Positions 25,928 through 35,209 of a stretch of 64,000 bases of DNA are shown piece by piece; position 1 is the first letter of the stretch, and the number at the start of each line of letters is the position of its first letter. Source of the stretch: a virus; IMG/VR virus record IMGVR_UViG_3300044620_000614, positions 9,553 to 73,552 of that record. One strand, 5' to 3'. The notes beneath the pieces were generated by a model. It was not told the origin of the DNA and searched no databases. It saw only the letters and a list, made by a program, of their open reading frames with translations. The translations under genes and the position numbers were made by a program.

Positions 25928-26347
25928 ATGAAGAGTACAGACCGACGAGTTCTGGCTTTCATTGATTACCTCCGCGAGTCTTGCCGCGAGGGGAAGACCC
26001 GTATTATCCTAAAAAATCTGAAGAGTATACCAGACTGGGACGGGGAATTCGTTGACGGCCTCGATGGCTACTTCAACCCACCCAAGAAAAAGACCATTGG
26101 CACGATAGTAATCGCCGCCAATCGTCCATTACCGACTGTTTTACACACTTTGGCGCATGAATATGTCCATTATTTGCAATGGAAAGCCAAAAATAAGTAC
26201 TACAACACGGTTTCTTACCACCAATTAGAGAAAAAAACTGAAGCCAGAGCGTTAAAACTGCTGGAACAGTTCAATTTACCCATAGACTTGAGCGCCAGAA
26301 AGCGTTCGTCTACCCGTTACATCAAAAGATTAGCCAAAATGCGCTGA
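25928..26347 (+). CDS. zincin (ImmA/IrrE-like) metallopeptidase
   Basis: TLAHEYVHYLQ...E...A. Confidence 0.65.
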   Translation: MKSTDRRVLAFIDYLRESCREGKTRIILKNLKSIPDWDGEFVDGLDGYFNPPKKKTIGTIVIAANRPLPTVLHTLAHEYVHYLQWKAKNKYYNTVSYHQLEKKTEARALKLLEQFNLPIDLSARKRSSTRYIKRLAKMR

Positions 26348-26370
26348 GTTTGGCGGATTCCCTGCGAATT

Positions 26371-26454
26371 CATCGACAGCGACACTCTAGACACTCAGGG
26401 TTTTCTCTGAAATACCCGTCGCTTCGCGGAGTGTCTAGAGTGTCGCTGTCGATG
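26371..26454. repeat. 26-bp perfect inverted repeat
   Basis: CATCGACAGCGACACTCTAGACACTC (26371-26396) and its reverse complement (26429-26454). Confidence 0.95.
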
Positions 26455-26465
26455 CGCGCGTTTGG

Positions 26466-26738
26466 CGACTGGAAGTTCTCGATGAGTCGCTCTTGGAACG
26501 TTGATCTCGATTGGAAGTTCTGGCGAGCACTGTGCGAATGGAAGTTTTCACACAGTGCCGGCGATTGGAAGTTCGATTGGAAGTTTTAGAGTACCTCAGC
26601 TCGACATGCGCGATTGGAAGTTTTGGCTTCATAAAACTTTTTGGAGTTCGATTGGAAGTTCCCAGAGGCCAAATAGAATTCGCCCCATTCGAATGGAAGT
26701 TCTAGCACATTACTGCCACCCCAGAACGATTGGAAGTT
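26466..26738 (+). repeat. array of nine CGA(T/A/C)TGGAAGTT direct repeats
   Basis: copies at 26466, 26508, 26535, 26562, 26574, 26611, 26649, 26690 and 26727; another at 25816 and a variant near 25776. Confidence 0.9.
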
Positions 26739-26768
26739 CTGGGATACATACTGGTAAAGGAGTACATT

Positions 26769-27053
26769 ATGCCGGCATATGATTACCAATGCAGTAAGTG
26801 TGAGAGAGTCTGGGAAGAGATCCGTAAGATCGCAGAACACGACGAACCCGAGAGGCTTCCGTGTCCCCATTGCGGCAAGAAGAAGTGCGTACAACAGGTG
26901 GTCTTAGAGGCCCCTGCGATGGCAATGGACACTAATCACCGTATAGATGGGAAGGCTAAGGGTGGCTTTAAAGATGTGATGAGTAAGATTGCTGATTCTG
27001 CGGGCGTCAAAGGTGGCAAGTTAGAGAAGGCGATTCGTCGCAGATACCTCTGA
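26769..27053 (+). CDS. FmdB-family zinc-ribbon protein
   Basis: MPAYDYQCSKC...CPHCG. Confidence 0.8.
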   Translation: MPAYDYQCSKCERVWEEIRKIAEHDEPERLPCPHCGKKKCVQQVVLEAPAMAMDTNHRIDGKAKGGFKDVMSKIADSAGVKGGKLEKAIRRRYL

Positions 27054-27104
27054 TCCCCCCAACAAACACCGAATCTGGCCCCCAGACCCCCCTTTATTTC
27101 ATAT

Positions 27105-27112
27105 TATAAATA
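27105..27112 (+). promoter_or_regulatory. T4-type late promoter
   Basis: TATAAATA; also at 48-55(-), 1083-1090(-), 12955-12962(-), 13029-13036(-), 14084(+) and 33184(+). Confidence 0.8.
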
Positions 27113-27153
27113 CCCATAGATTTCAAAAATGTTAACAAATTAAGGATCTACCC

Positions 27154-27630
27154 ATGTCAGACATAGTAAAGAAATACCAACACTACTTCGCAGAATCTAC
27201 TCGTTTACAAGAACTGGTTAATGAACAGGCTGCTTATATTGCAGAACTAGAGGAGGCAGTATTGGCTCTCTCTGAGGATTACTTTGACTCTCCTGCAAGT
27301 TCTGCTGCAAGTAGAGCAAATGTCAAAAAGGCAACGAAAGTATTGGGTGCAGAATCACCAGCCACAAAAGCACTAGCACAAACTCATGCTGCTATTGTAA
27401 AAAGTCCTAGAGCATACGGTATTTCCGATGATGAGTTGGGTCGCCGAGAAGGTGACGAGTTTGACGTTCTTGGTAGACCATTTACTGGAAAACCAACATT
27501 GACCCCAATTACACCAAAGGATATGGACGGATATGATGCTGAATTTGGTGGTAAAGAAAAAGGAGTAAATTTGGGATCTATCGGTAAGGCTGCAAAGGCA
27601 ATCAAAGCGACTAAAGGTAAAAAGGGATAA
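27154..27630 (+). CDS. putative internal head protein
   Basis: late promoter; YFAE-S, LVNE-Q and LSE-D motifs. Confidence 0.65.
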   Translation: MSDIVKKYQHYFAESTRLQELVNEQAAYIAELEEAVLALSEDYFDSPASSAASRANVKKATKVLGAESPATKALAQTHAAIVKSPRAYGISDDELGRREGDEFDVLGRPFTGKPTLTPITPKDMDGYDAEFGGKEKGVNLGSIGKAAKAIKATKGKKG

Positions 27631-27632
27631 AC

Positions 27633-28211
27633 ATGGACAACATAAACAACGATGTAATGCAACAATTGGCTCAAGCATATATGAATATGCTTGCTGAAAG
27701 CCACACCCACGAACAACTCATGAAACTCTCTGTTGAGAAGTTGAAAGAACTCAAGGCCGAATATGTAAAAAAGATCGGTGAGGCTGAAGGTGAAGAGAAA
27801 GAGAAGCACCAAAAGGAATTGGCTAACATTGAGGACATTTTGGCTTCCCGTAAGGATGACAAGGATGATAAGGAAGAGGTCGAAGAGGCTTATCGTCTTA
27901 CTCCCGAAAGAGAAAAGGTATTGGATAAGGCTGATGCAGACGCAACAAAGGCATTAGACAAATCTATTGGCTCTGCAAATAAAGATGAAGCCATAAAGGC
28001 ACTTGGCAGGTCAACAAGAGCAGAAATCCTCCGTCAATTGGCAAAGCCAAAGAAAACAGGTGCATGGGCAGGATCATCCGACGACGATCTAAAATCAACA
28101 TTGAACTATGCGCGGAAATCACAACTTGGTGAATCTGCTAAAGAGATTGTACAAAATATCAGTGAATGGATGAAGAATATGAAAGGTAAGAAGAATGGCA
28201 AGAGTAAGTAA
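27633..28211 (+). CDS. putative internal head protein
   Basis: MLAE-S, VEE-A, LGE-S. Confidence 0.65.
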   Translation: MDNINNDVMQQLAQAYMNMLAESHTHEQLMKLSVEKLKELKAEYVKKIGEAEGEEKEKHQKELANIEDILASRKDDKDDKEEVEEAYRLTPEREKVLDKADADATKALDKSIGSANKDEAIKALGRSTRAEILRQLAKPKKTGAWAGSSDDDLKSTLNYARKSQLGESAKEIVQNISEWMKNMKGKKNGKSK

Positions 28212-28316
28212 TAAGGGTAAGGGTCGTGGTGGTTTCAAGCATGTAACCAAGCGCAATCGTCATTGGATGGCTCAAGTGAAATCAACCAATCGTAAAACCG
28301 ATTTAGCGAGAAAATC

Positions 28317-28580
28317 ATGAACAAGAAAGAACTATTTCAAAGAATAAAGCAACTAAAAGAATCTCGTCAGTTGAACGAACACGTTCCACTTGATGATGAA
28401 GAGGGTGGCATGGCTATGGGTGAGTTGAAAACTAGTGCTGAAGCGGCAAATGAAATTGCTGGAATGTTGCAAAACAACACTCAACTTGAAGCATGGGTTC
28501 AAAGCAAGATAACCAAGGCTAAAGATTACTTGGTTTCTGTTCGTGATTATCTGAAGAGTAACCCAGATGCAAAAGAATGA
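28317..28580 (+). CDS. putative internal head protein
   Basis: EGGMA...LEAWVQSKITKA.DY motif. Confidence 0.7.
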   Translation: MNKKELFQRIKQLKESRQLNEHVPLDDEEGGMAMGELKTSAEAANEIAGMLQNNTQLEAWVQSKITKAKDYLVSVRDYLKSNPDAKE

Positions 28581-28708
28581 TATTGAAGAATACATAAAAG
28601 ATATAAGACAAGCAATTGCAAGAGAAACAGCAAGGACTCCTGCAAGCAACAAACCATCACCATCTGACATCTTGCTTGCTGCAAGAGAGATGATGAAAAG
28701 AGCAAAAG

Positions 28709-28897
28709 ATGCAAGATCCAACAAAAGCAATCGCTGAAGCATACACAAAACAAGTTCTTTTTGAGCAATGGGCATCTTCAAAACAAAATGACATTGTTGA
28801 AGCAATTTCATTGTTTGAAGAAGAAAATGGTGTAGAATTAACCGAAGAGCAAATCAAGTTCGTAGTAGAATCATTTTTAACTGAATCATATCAATGA
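28709..28897 (+). CDS. small acidic protein
   Basis: ORF in an operon. Confidence 0.55.
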   Translation: MQDPTKAIAEAYTKQVLFEQWASSKQNDIVEAISLFEEENGVELTEEQIKFVVESFLTESYQ

Positions 28898-30819
28898 GAT
28901 CATTTCGTCAACATATGAGCGGTGGATATGTTCCACCAACCCCAGAAGAGCGTGCAGAATTAGCACGCGAGCGTGCTGCACATTTTGAAAGACAAATTGC
29001 TGGCAGCAAAATGACCGATTTTGATCGTGGACAATACACAGAGATTGGTCATGCTGCAACAACCGGTGGCATTGGCAGCAACGCCGATACCGAACTCTGG
29101 GTTCACCACGACGACAAGATTCTAAAGAAAAGATTACCTTCATGGCGTCCACACGGCGCACACCATGATGTTTTTGGTATGGGTGAGTTGAACTATCCAG
29201 AAGGTGGTCCTCGCAAACCCGCTGGTAGAGTAGATCACGCATTAAAAGCCATCTCACTACAATATGATCCAAAGACACCTTCTCAAAATATAGAAAGAGT
29301 TGTTCAACAATTACGCAAAGCACATCCTGATTATGTCATTCGTGATTATGAACAAAACAAGTATGTTCATGAGGGTGTAGCAAAAGATATTGCAAAAGTG
29401 TTGGGTGCAGCGGCAATTGCTGGAGCCGCTACATTTGGTGGTGGAAAAGCCGTCAAGCAAATATTTCCAAGTAAACCAGAAGCACCAATCGCAAAAATAG
29501 ATCACGGTTCAAAACCAGTAGATAAACCAACATCTACGCTTAAAGTGCCAAAAGATGTCAAGACTCAAATGCCAGCCGCTCCCAAGGTCAAAGAACCAAC
29601 AGGACATAAAGAGTTTCACGGCAGACTACAAAAGCATTTTGGTGCAGAATATCCAGTAATAATGGCTGCTGCAAAAAGAAATGGTATTGCTGAAACCGAT
29701 CACGATAACTTGGCTACACTATTCGCCATCCGCAAATCTGAAAACGGTAAACCCGGAAAAGAGTTTGGAGTTCTACATCCAAAGGCTGTGGGTAAGAAAG
29801 GCGAATCCAGAGAAGCAACTCTGGATAGACAAGCAGGATGGTCGGCGGCAACTATAATGAGTAAGCGCCGCGCACACGAAGCATCAAAAACTGGTGGAGA
29901 CTTTGTGGAATATTTGGCATCAAAGTATGCTCCTGTTGGTGCTAGTAATGATCCAAACAATCTGAATAAAAATTGGCACAAAAATGTTTCTGGTTGGCGT
30001 GATGTGTTTAGTGGCAAAAAGAGTGGGATAAGCGAAGCAAAAAAGCATCTTCATGTATTTGATTTCGACGATACTCTTGTAAAGAAAACTGGTTCAACTG
30101 TTAATGTTAGAAATAAAAAGACAGGTGAAACTAGAAAACTTTCATCAGGTGAATTTGCATCATTCAAACCTGAGGACGATCATGAATTAGACTTTTCTGG
30201 TTTCAATACTGTAGAGAATCCAGAACCAATTAAAGGATTAGATCGTGCTGCTCGTAACGCCTCAAGAAAGGGCAGAGATGTTGCAATATTGACGGCTAGA
30301 CCTGGTGAAGCAGAACCCGCAATTCGTAAGTACTTGAAAGGTCGTGGTATAGGAGGCAAGCGTCTCAAAATAATGGCAGTTGGTTCTTCAGAACCTACAG
30401 CAAAACGCGATGCATTAAGAAAACATATTGCTGGTAAAGGATATAAGAAAATAGAATACAGCGACGATCATGCTCCAAATGTGGCAGCCGTTGGTGAATT
30501 ACAACAAGAAAATCCAAGCACAAAATTTAGATTGAGAACAGTAAAGATTAAAGAGGAAGCAAAACCCAAAATTTTAACTCGTTTAACAAATCAATTAAGA
30601 TCAAAAGGTGTAAAGAATGCCGCTGGTGTTGCTGTTGGTAAACTTCGCCAATTTGGTTTAATGAAGAAGGATTCTTTGTCGCTCACAGACAAGGGTGCCA
30701 CTAGGAACAAAATGTCACCCGGTGCAAGAGCCAAAAGTAGAGCAGCCAAATATAATGGTGGATCGCCAAAAGATTATACATATAATAGCAAAACAAACAG
30801 AGCCACTAAAAAGGACTAA
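28894..30819 (+). CDS. multidomain virion polyprotein: lysozyme/glucosaminidase-like + HAD phosphatase
   Basis: AIRKSENG...KYAPVGASNDPNNLNKNW; HVFDFDDTL, ILTAR, SDD HAD motifs. Confidence 0.7.
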   Translation: MRSFRQHMSGGYVPPTPEERAELARERAAHFERQIAGSKMTDFDRGQYTEIGHAATTGGIGSNADTELWVHHDDKILKKRLPSWRPHGAHHDVFGMGELNYPEGGPRKPAGRVDHALKAISLQYDPKTPSQNIERVVQQLRKAHPDYVIRDYEQNKYVHEGVAKDIAKVLGAAAIAGAATFGGGKAVKQIFPSKPEAPIAKIDHGSKPVDKPTSTLKVPKDVKTQMPAAPKVKEPTGHKEFHGRLQKHFGAEYPVIMAAAKRNGIAETDHDNLATLFAIRKSENGKPGKEFGVLHPKAVGKKGESREATLDRQAGWSAATIMSKRRAHEASKTGGDFVEYLASKYAPVGASNDPNNLNKNWHKNVSGWRDVFSGKKSGISEAKKHLHVFDFDDTLVKKTGSTVNVRNKKTGETRKLSSGEFASFKPEDDHELDFSGFNTVENPEPIKGLDRAARNASRKGRDVAILTARPGEAEPAIRKYLKGRGIGGKRLKIMAVGSSEPTAKRDALRKHIAGKGYKKIEYSDDHAPNVAAVGELQQENPSTKFRLRTVKIKEEAKPKILTRLTNQLRSKGVKNAAGVAVGKLRQFGLMKKDSLSLTDKGATRNKMSPGARAKSRAAKYNGGSPKDYTYNSKTNRATKKD

Positions 30820-30821
30820 AT

Positions 30822-31709
30822 ATGACATCTGAATCTAATTGGATCAAAGAAGTATCAAAGACTTACCTCGAAGAAGCATACAAGACAAATGCAGTTCACA
30901 ATGCTGGTAAGAAGCCTTCTTATATAAAGGACAAGAAAGAAGAAGTTAAGGAAGAGACTGAAGAGTGCAGTGATTGCTTACAAGAGCAAACACTCATTGA
31001 GTCTATTGACTTCTTAACAGAAGAACAACAAGAACTCTTTGCTCTTTCTTTCGTAGATGATCTTCTTGAGAATCTTTCGTGGGAAGAAATTGAAGCATTG
31101 ACAGAGGAACAACTTGAAGAAGGCTTGATGGCTAAACTCAAGGGTTATGCCGGTGGTGCTCTCGCTGCCGCTAAGTCTGCTCCACTTTCACAATTTGTAT
31201 CAAAGGCAAAGAAGTATGGTGCAGAAAGAACTGAGCGTCTTGAAAAGAAGGAAGCAGAAACTGCACACGCTAAGGAAGTAGAAAAAGCAAGAGGTGAAGC
31301 CAAGGGTGGAGTAAGAAAAGCAACTGATGCTGAACTTCACGCAATCGTTGGTAAACTCGGTAAGTCTAAGGGTGCAACAAATAAGGCAGTCCTCGCAAAG
31401 GCTCAAGAAACTCTCGGTAAGAGAGCAGAAGCCGCTGCTGGTAAGGGATTGGGTGGTTTGGTTGCAAAGACAAGAGGATTGCTTGGCAACAAGGCTGCCA
31501 TGCGCGATAGAGTATCAAAGATGGCCGAGCGTTCGAAACAACAAGCCGGTAAGGTAAAGGTTGATGCTGCTGGAACTGTAGATAAAGCCAGACAGGGTTA
31601 CAAGAAACAAACCATTTCAAAAATTCAAGCACTACGCGCACAGGGTAAGCAATCTGCGGGTGCGATAAAGAAACTACAAAAAACATTACCTAAAAATAAA
31701 AAGAAGTGA
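30822..31709 (+). CDS. putative internal head protein, acidic N-terminus and basic C-terminus
   Basis: multiple LxE motifs followed by a Lys/Ala-rich tail. Confidence 0.65.
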   Translation: MTSESNWIKEVSKTYLEEAYKTNAVHNAGKKPSYIKDKKEEVKEETEECSDCLQEQTLIESIDFLTEEQQELFALSFVDDLLENLSWEEIEALTEEQLEEGLMAKLKGYAGGALAAAKSAPLSQFVSKAKKYGAERTERLEKKEAETAHAKEVEKARGEAKGGVRKATDAELHAIVGKLGKSKGATNKAVLAKAQETLGKRAEAAAGKGLGGLVAKTRGLLGNKAAMRDRVSKMAERSKQQAGKVKVDAAGTVDKARQGYKKQTISKIQALRAQGKQSAGAIKKLQKTLPKNKKK

Positions 31710-31711
31710 AC

Positions 31712-31737
31712 AAAACCCCCAGAAATGGGGGTTTTTT
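31712..31737 (+). terminator. intrinsic terminator
   Basis: AAAACCCCC-AGAAAT-GGGGGTTTTTT. Confidence 0.75.
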
Positions 31738-31768
31738 GTTGGATAAATACTTTCATCGGGAGTATCAT

Positions 31769-32674
31769 ATGGATCGATCACAACTATTATCTAATATAAA
31801 GAAAATACTCGAAAAACAAGGCGCAAAACGAAAACTCATGCAAAAAGCAAAAAGAGATTCCGTTGCAGTTGCCAGTGAATTGATTGGGATTACCATGCCA
31901 GCCATTAGAATGCCTTCTATCAACGAAGAGGCAATTATAAAGCAATACTCCGTACAAGCAGTTGGTCGCAAAAGAAACACCATGATGAATGCGATGCAAT
32001 TGAATGATGCCGAATTCTTGAACTGGGTTCAAGATAGACTTTACAGATTAGCCCATGAAAACGAAAGAGCCGTTGTGGAATTTAGCGTAAAAGATTTATC
32101 TGCTGGATTGCAAAGATGGGAAAGTTTATTTTCAGAACAAGATAAAGACTGGGGTAAATATCGAGACACCTTTATGAAGTATAAGGATCGATTTATTAAA
32201 GCCGCAACAGTCATACTTAATACTGGTCAAGCATCTGGTTCATTAAACGATTCTCCAAGTAAAGCGGCACCAAATAATACAAAAGGTTCGCCCGCTACTC
32301 CTGCAATGCTAAAACAACAAGCATCTGATGGTAGAGGTGGACAAGGTGCAATGACAGTTGGTGGCGGTGGAGAAGCCGCACCACAAGAAGAACAACCACA
32401 AGAATACGGTCCTTCTGAATATTTGCAATATTTCCAACAACTATTGCAAATGGATGATGCACAATTTGCTGAATTTGTGCAGGATAAGATACTTAGTGGA
32501 GAACAAGATCCAACCAATGTATCAAAGAAGACAGTAGAAAAGATGTTAAAAAGAGACGAAAAAGAAGTAACAAAAATTTTCAAGAAGTATGAAAAGGAGA
32601 TGCATAAACTGTACAAAGAATATTCAAAACGATTCTTAAGTGCTGTAGAAATGATGCTGGGCCAAGAGGAATAA
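31769..32674 (+). CDS. late hypothetical protein with an internal duplicated domain
   Basis: QLNDAEFLNWVQD and QMDDAQFAEFVQD repeats; ATAAATA upstream. Confidence 0.65.
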   Translation: MDRSQLLSNIKKILEKQGAKRKLMQKAKRDSVAVASELIGITMPAIRMPSINEEAIIKQYSVQAVGRKRNTMMNAMQLNDAEFLNWVQDRLYRLAHENERAVVEFSVKDLSAGLQRWESLFSEQDKDWGKYRDTFMKYKDRFIKAATVILNTGQASGSLNDSPSKAAPNNTKGSPATPAMLKQQASDGRGGQGAMTVGGGGEAAPQEEQPQEYGPSEYLQYFQQLLQMDDAQFAEFVQDKILSGEQDPTNVSKKTVEKMLKRDEKEVTKIFKKYEKEMHKLYKEYSKRFLSAVEMMLGQEE

Positions 32675-32677
32675 ATT

Positions 32678-33199
32678 ATGAGTAAAGATGTATTATTATT
32701 AAATGCTTCAGAAGAAGTAATTAATGTGATTGATTGGACTAAAGCAGTAAAACTTCTGATGGCTGGAAAAGCAATAAAGCCATATAACTACGAAGATTAT
32801 CACGAAATCACAACTAGCAGTGGAATATATAAACTTCCTACTGCGATTGTTCTCGTTCAATATATTAGAATACCATATCGAAAGTGCAAACTTAATAAAA
32901 AGAATTTGTTGAATCGGGATAATGGTATTTGTCAATATTGTGCAAAGAAGTTAACAAAAGCAACTTTGACGGTAGATCACGTTTTACCAAAGAGTCGTGG
33001 TGGTAAAAACTCATGGGAAAACATGGTGTCATGCTGCCGAGCGTGTAATGTTAAAAAGAAAAATAGAACTCCATCAGAAGCAAATATGAAATTGCTCTCT
33101 GTTCCGGGTTTACCTCATAAGGATTTTGTACTTATTAAGGTATACGATGGCTCCCACAACAAATTATGGGAGAGATGGATTAGTATAAATAATAAGTAA
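32678..33199 (+). CDS. HNH endonuclease (McrA-like)
   Basis: RDNGICQYC...TVDHVLPKSRGG...WENMVSCC..CN. Confidence 0.9.
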   Translation: MSKDVLLLNASEEVINVIDWTKAVKLLMAGKAIKPYNYEDYHEITTSSGIYKLPTAIVLVQYIRIPYRKCKLNKKNLLNRDNGICQYCAKKLTKATLTVDHVLPKSRGGKNSWENMVSCCRACNVKKKNRTPSEANMKLLSVPGLPHKDFVLIKVYDGSHNKLWERWISINNK

Positions 33200-33219
33200 C
33201 CTTAAGGAGAATACACAAA

Positions 33220-33546
33220 ATGAGATTTTCGAACTTTCCCGCATATACAATAACTGGCACATTAAGTGCAAATGTTGAACTTAATTCTCGCGCCTTATTA
33301 ATAACAAATTCAAACGCAGCAGCTGGTGCAAATGCATCCGTTGCAATTACCGCAGATGTGTGGATTACACAAAATGCTGGAACAAGAGATGCGGATGAGT
33401 ATGGTGATTACACTGGTAGAACATATAAGTCTGTAACATTTACAGTGTATGTCAGACCGGGAGAAACATTGACATTGCCACTTGCACTCAAAAAAGTAAC
33501 TTCTTTGACAAAAGGTTCTGGTGCGGAAGTATATGTACTTGTTTGA
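33220..33546 (+). CDS. beta-rich late virion protein
   Basis: TATAAATA + AAGGAG. Confidence 0.6.
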   Translation: MRFSNFPAYTITGTLSANVELNSRALLITNSNAAAGANASVAITADVWITQNAGTRDADEYGDYTGRTYKSVTFTVYVRPGETLTLPLALKKVTSLTKGSGAEVYVLV

Positions 33547-34918
33547 TTTTTCACAATTTCAATTAAACTGGAATCAAAAGCATCCTAGTGGAGATCTCAG
33601 AACCATTAGCGAGGCTCGTCAATCTAATGATGACGCTGGTCCTAATGTTCACTTAGATCACGCAGAGGATGCTATTTTTGATGAAGGACATGATGGTGGT
33701 AGATCTGCTGCCCATTATATTCATTCTTTGGCTAATGGACTACGCGGTAAACATGGTGCAGACTTCAAGGTTACGACAAAATATGATGGTGCTCCGGCAA
33801 TAATATTTGGTGTACACCCAGTTACCGGCAAATTCTTTGTTGGTACTAAATCTGTGTTTGCCAAAACTCCAAAGATAAACTACTCTCTAAAAGACATAGA
33901 AAGAAATCACGGAGATTCCCCAGGTCTTGTAACAAAGTTGCAAGCCGCATTTACCAATTTGCGTAAGTTAAACCTCGCCCACGGTGAAGTATATCAGGGT
34001 GACATGATGTACACTCCAGATGATATTAAACTAGAAAATATAGATGGTAAAGAGCATTTAACATTCACTCCAAATACTCTGACATACGCAGTTCCTCATG
34101 GTGGAGAAGACGCAAAACGAATTGCGGCTTCTAAAATGGGCATTATAATTCACACTGGTTATAGAAACTTTGGTCAAAAAGGAATGACGACAGAGTTTTC
34201 GCCAGATTTAAGTCACATTGAACAACATCCCGATATTTGGATGAAAGATGCTCAATTGAGCAGAGATGGTGATAAACAACTTTCTTCCGGTGATCACAAA
34301 CGAATTGTGGATCATTTAAGAGCAGCACACAAACATTTAGATGATAGTAAAGATTTTATTGGTGGTGTTGCGGGACATGGAACACTAAAACCACTAATGA
34401 AAATGTTTGTCAATGATATGGTCAAGCGTGGAATAGAAAAACCAACAAGACAACATGTTACAGATTTTATCACAGCAAGACACGATGCTGAAGCAGAAAA
34501 ATTAAAAACACAAGCGGGTAGAGATAGAGTTCATGCTCGTAGGACAGAATTGCTAAGTCATCTTATGCAAAATGGACAACACCTTGATAATCTTTTGGCT
34601 GCACATCATAATATTGCAGCAGCAAAACATGTTCTTATCGGTGGATTAAAAAAGACTAAGGGTATTGCAACATATGCAAGAACTCAAAAACAAAACGCAG
34701 ATACAAAAGAAATGATGGATCATTTAGAGCCAGTTTCTCCAGAGGGATTCGTTATGATTGATACTGGAACTGGTAAAGCATTAAAGGCCGTTAATCGTTC
34801 CGAATTCTCTCGTATGAACTTTGAACGCGGTAAAATGGCACAAATGAAAAAAGAAAAACAACAAGACAAAGAAAACCAAGAAGATCAAGAAGATCAAGAA
34901 GGAGATCAAAATGGCTAA
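33533..34918 (+). CDS. DUF6267-like T4-like protein (KxDG ligase-type motif)
   Basis: HLDHAED, TTKYDGAPAIIFG, FFVGTKSVF, YQGDMMY, PEGFV. Confidence 0.75.
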   Translation: MYLFDFSQFQLNWNQKHPSGDLRTISEARQSNDDAGPNVHLDHAEDAIFDEGHDGGRSAAHYIHSLANGLRGKHGADFKVTTKYDGAPAIIFGVHPVTGKFFVGTKSVFAKTPKINYSLKDIERNHGDSPGLVTKLQAAFTNLRKLNLAHGEVYQGDMMYTPDDIKLENIDGKEHLTFTPNTLTYAVPHGGEDAKRIAASKMGIIIHTGYRNFGQKGMTTEFSPDLSHIEQHPDIWMKDAQLSRDGDKQLSSGDHKRIVDHLRAAHKHLDDSKDFIGGVAGHGTLKPLMKMFVNDMVKRGIEKPTRQHVTDFITARHDAEAEKLKTQAGRDRVHARRTELLSHLMQNGQHLDNLLAAHHNIAAAKHVLIGGLKKTKGIATYARTQKQNADTKEMMDHLEPVSPEGFVMIDTGTGKALKAVNRSEFSRMNFERGKMAQMKKEKQQDKENQEDQEDQEGDQNG

Positions 34919-34966
34919 AAAAGGATGCGGCTGCGGTGGCCCAAAAACTGGAAATGGTGGTAAGTA

Positions 34967-35209
34967 ATGCTTAAAGCAAAGATGATGGGCATATTTAAAA
35001 ATATGTTTGGTGGTTCTTATAGTAAAAAAGATGGTAAGATTTTTTGGTCAAAAGATGGATTTAAAGAACTTGTTACGATTGGTTTCTTAAAACACTTTAT
35101 TGATAAAAAGAAAGATCCATCAGTATCAGATACAGTAAAACCAGCACCAAAGAAAGTAAAGAAAGATGCAAAAGTTGCAACAAATCCTGAAGTACCTGAA
35201 GGAAGCTAA
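34967..35209 (+). CDS. hypothetical protein
   Basis: ORF in an operon. Confidence 0.5.
   Translation: MLKAKMMGIFKNMFGGSYSKKDGKIFWSKDGFKELVTIGFLKHFIDKKKDPSVSDTVKPAPKKVKKDAKVATNPEVPEGS

Noticed and set aside
26466-26738. Canonical CRISPR array
   Set aside because: The repeat is only 12 bp, spacing is irregular and no cas genes are present; kept as an unexplained array instead.
26350-26782. ORFs with repeated DWKF / IGSS / LEV peptides
   Set aside because: Translation artefacts of the DNA repeat in all three frames.
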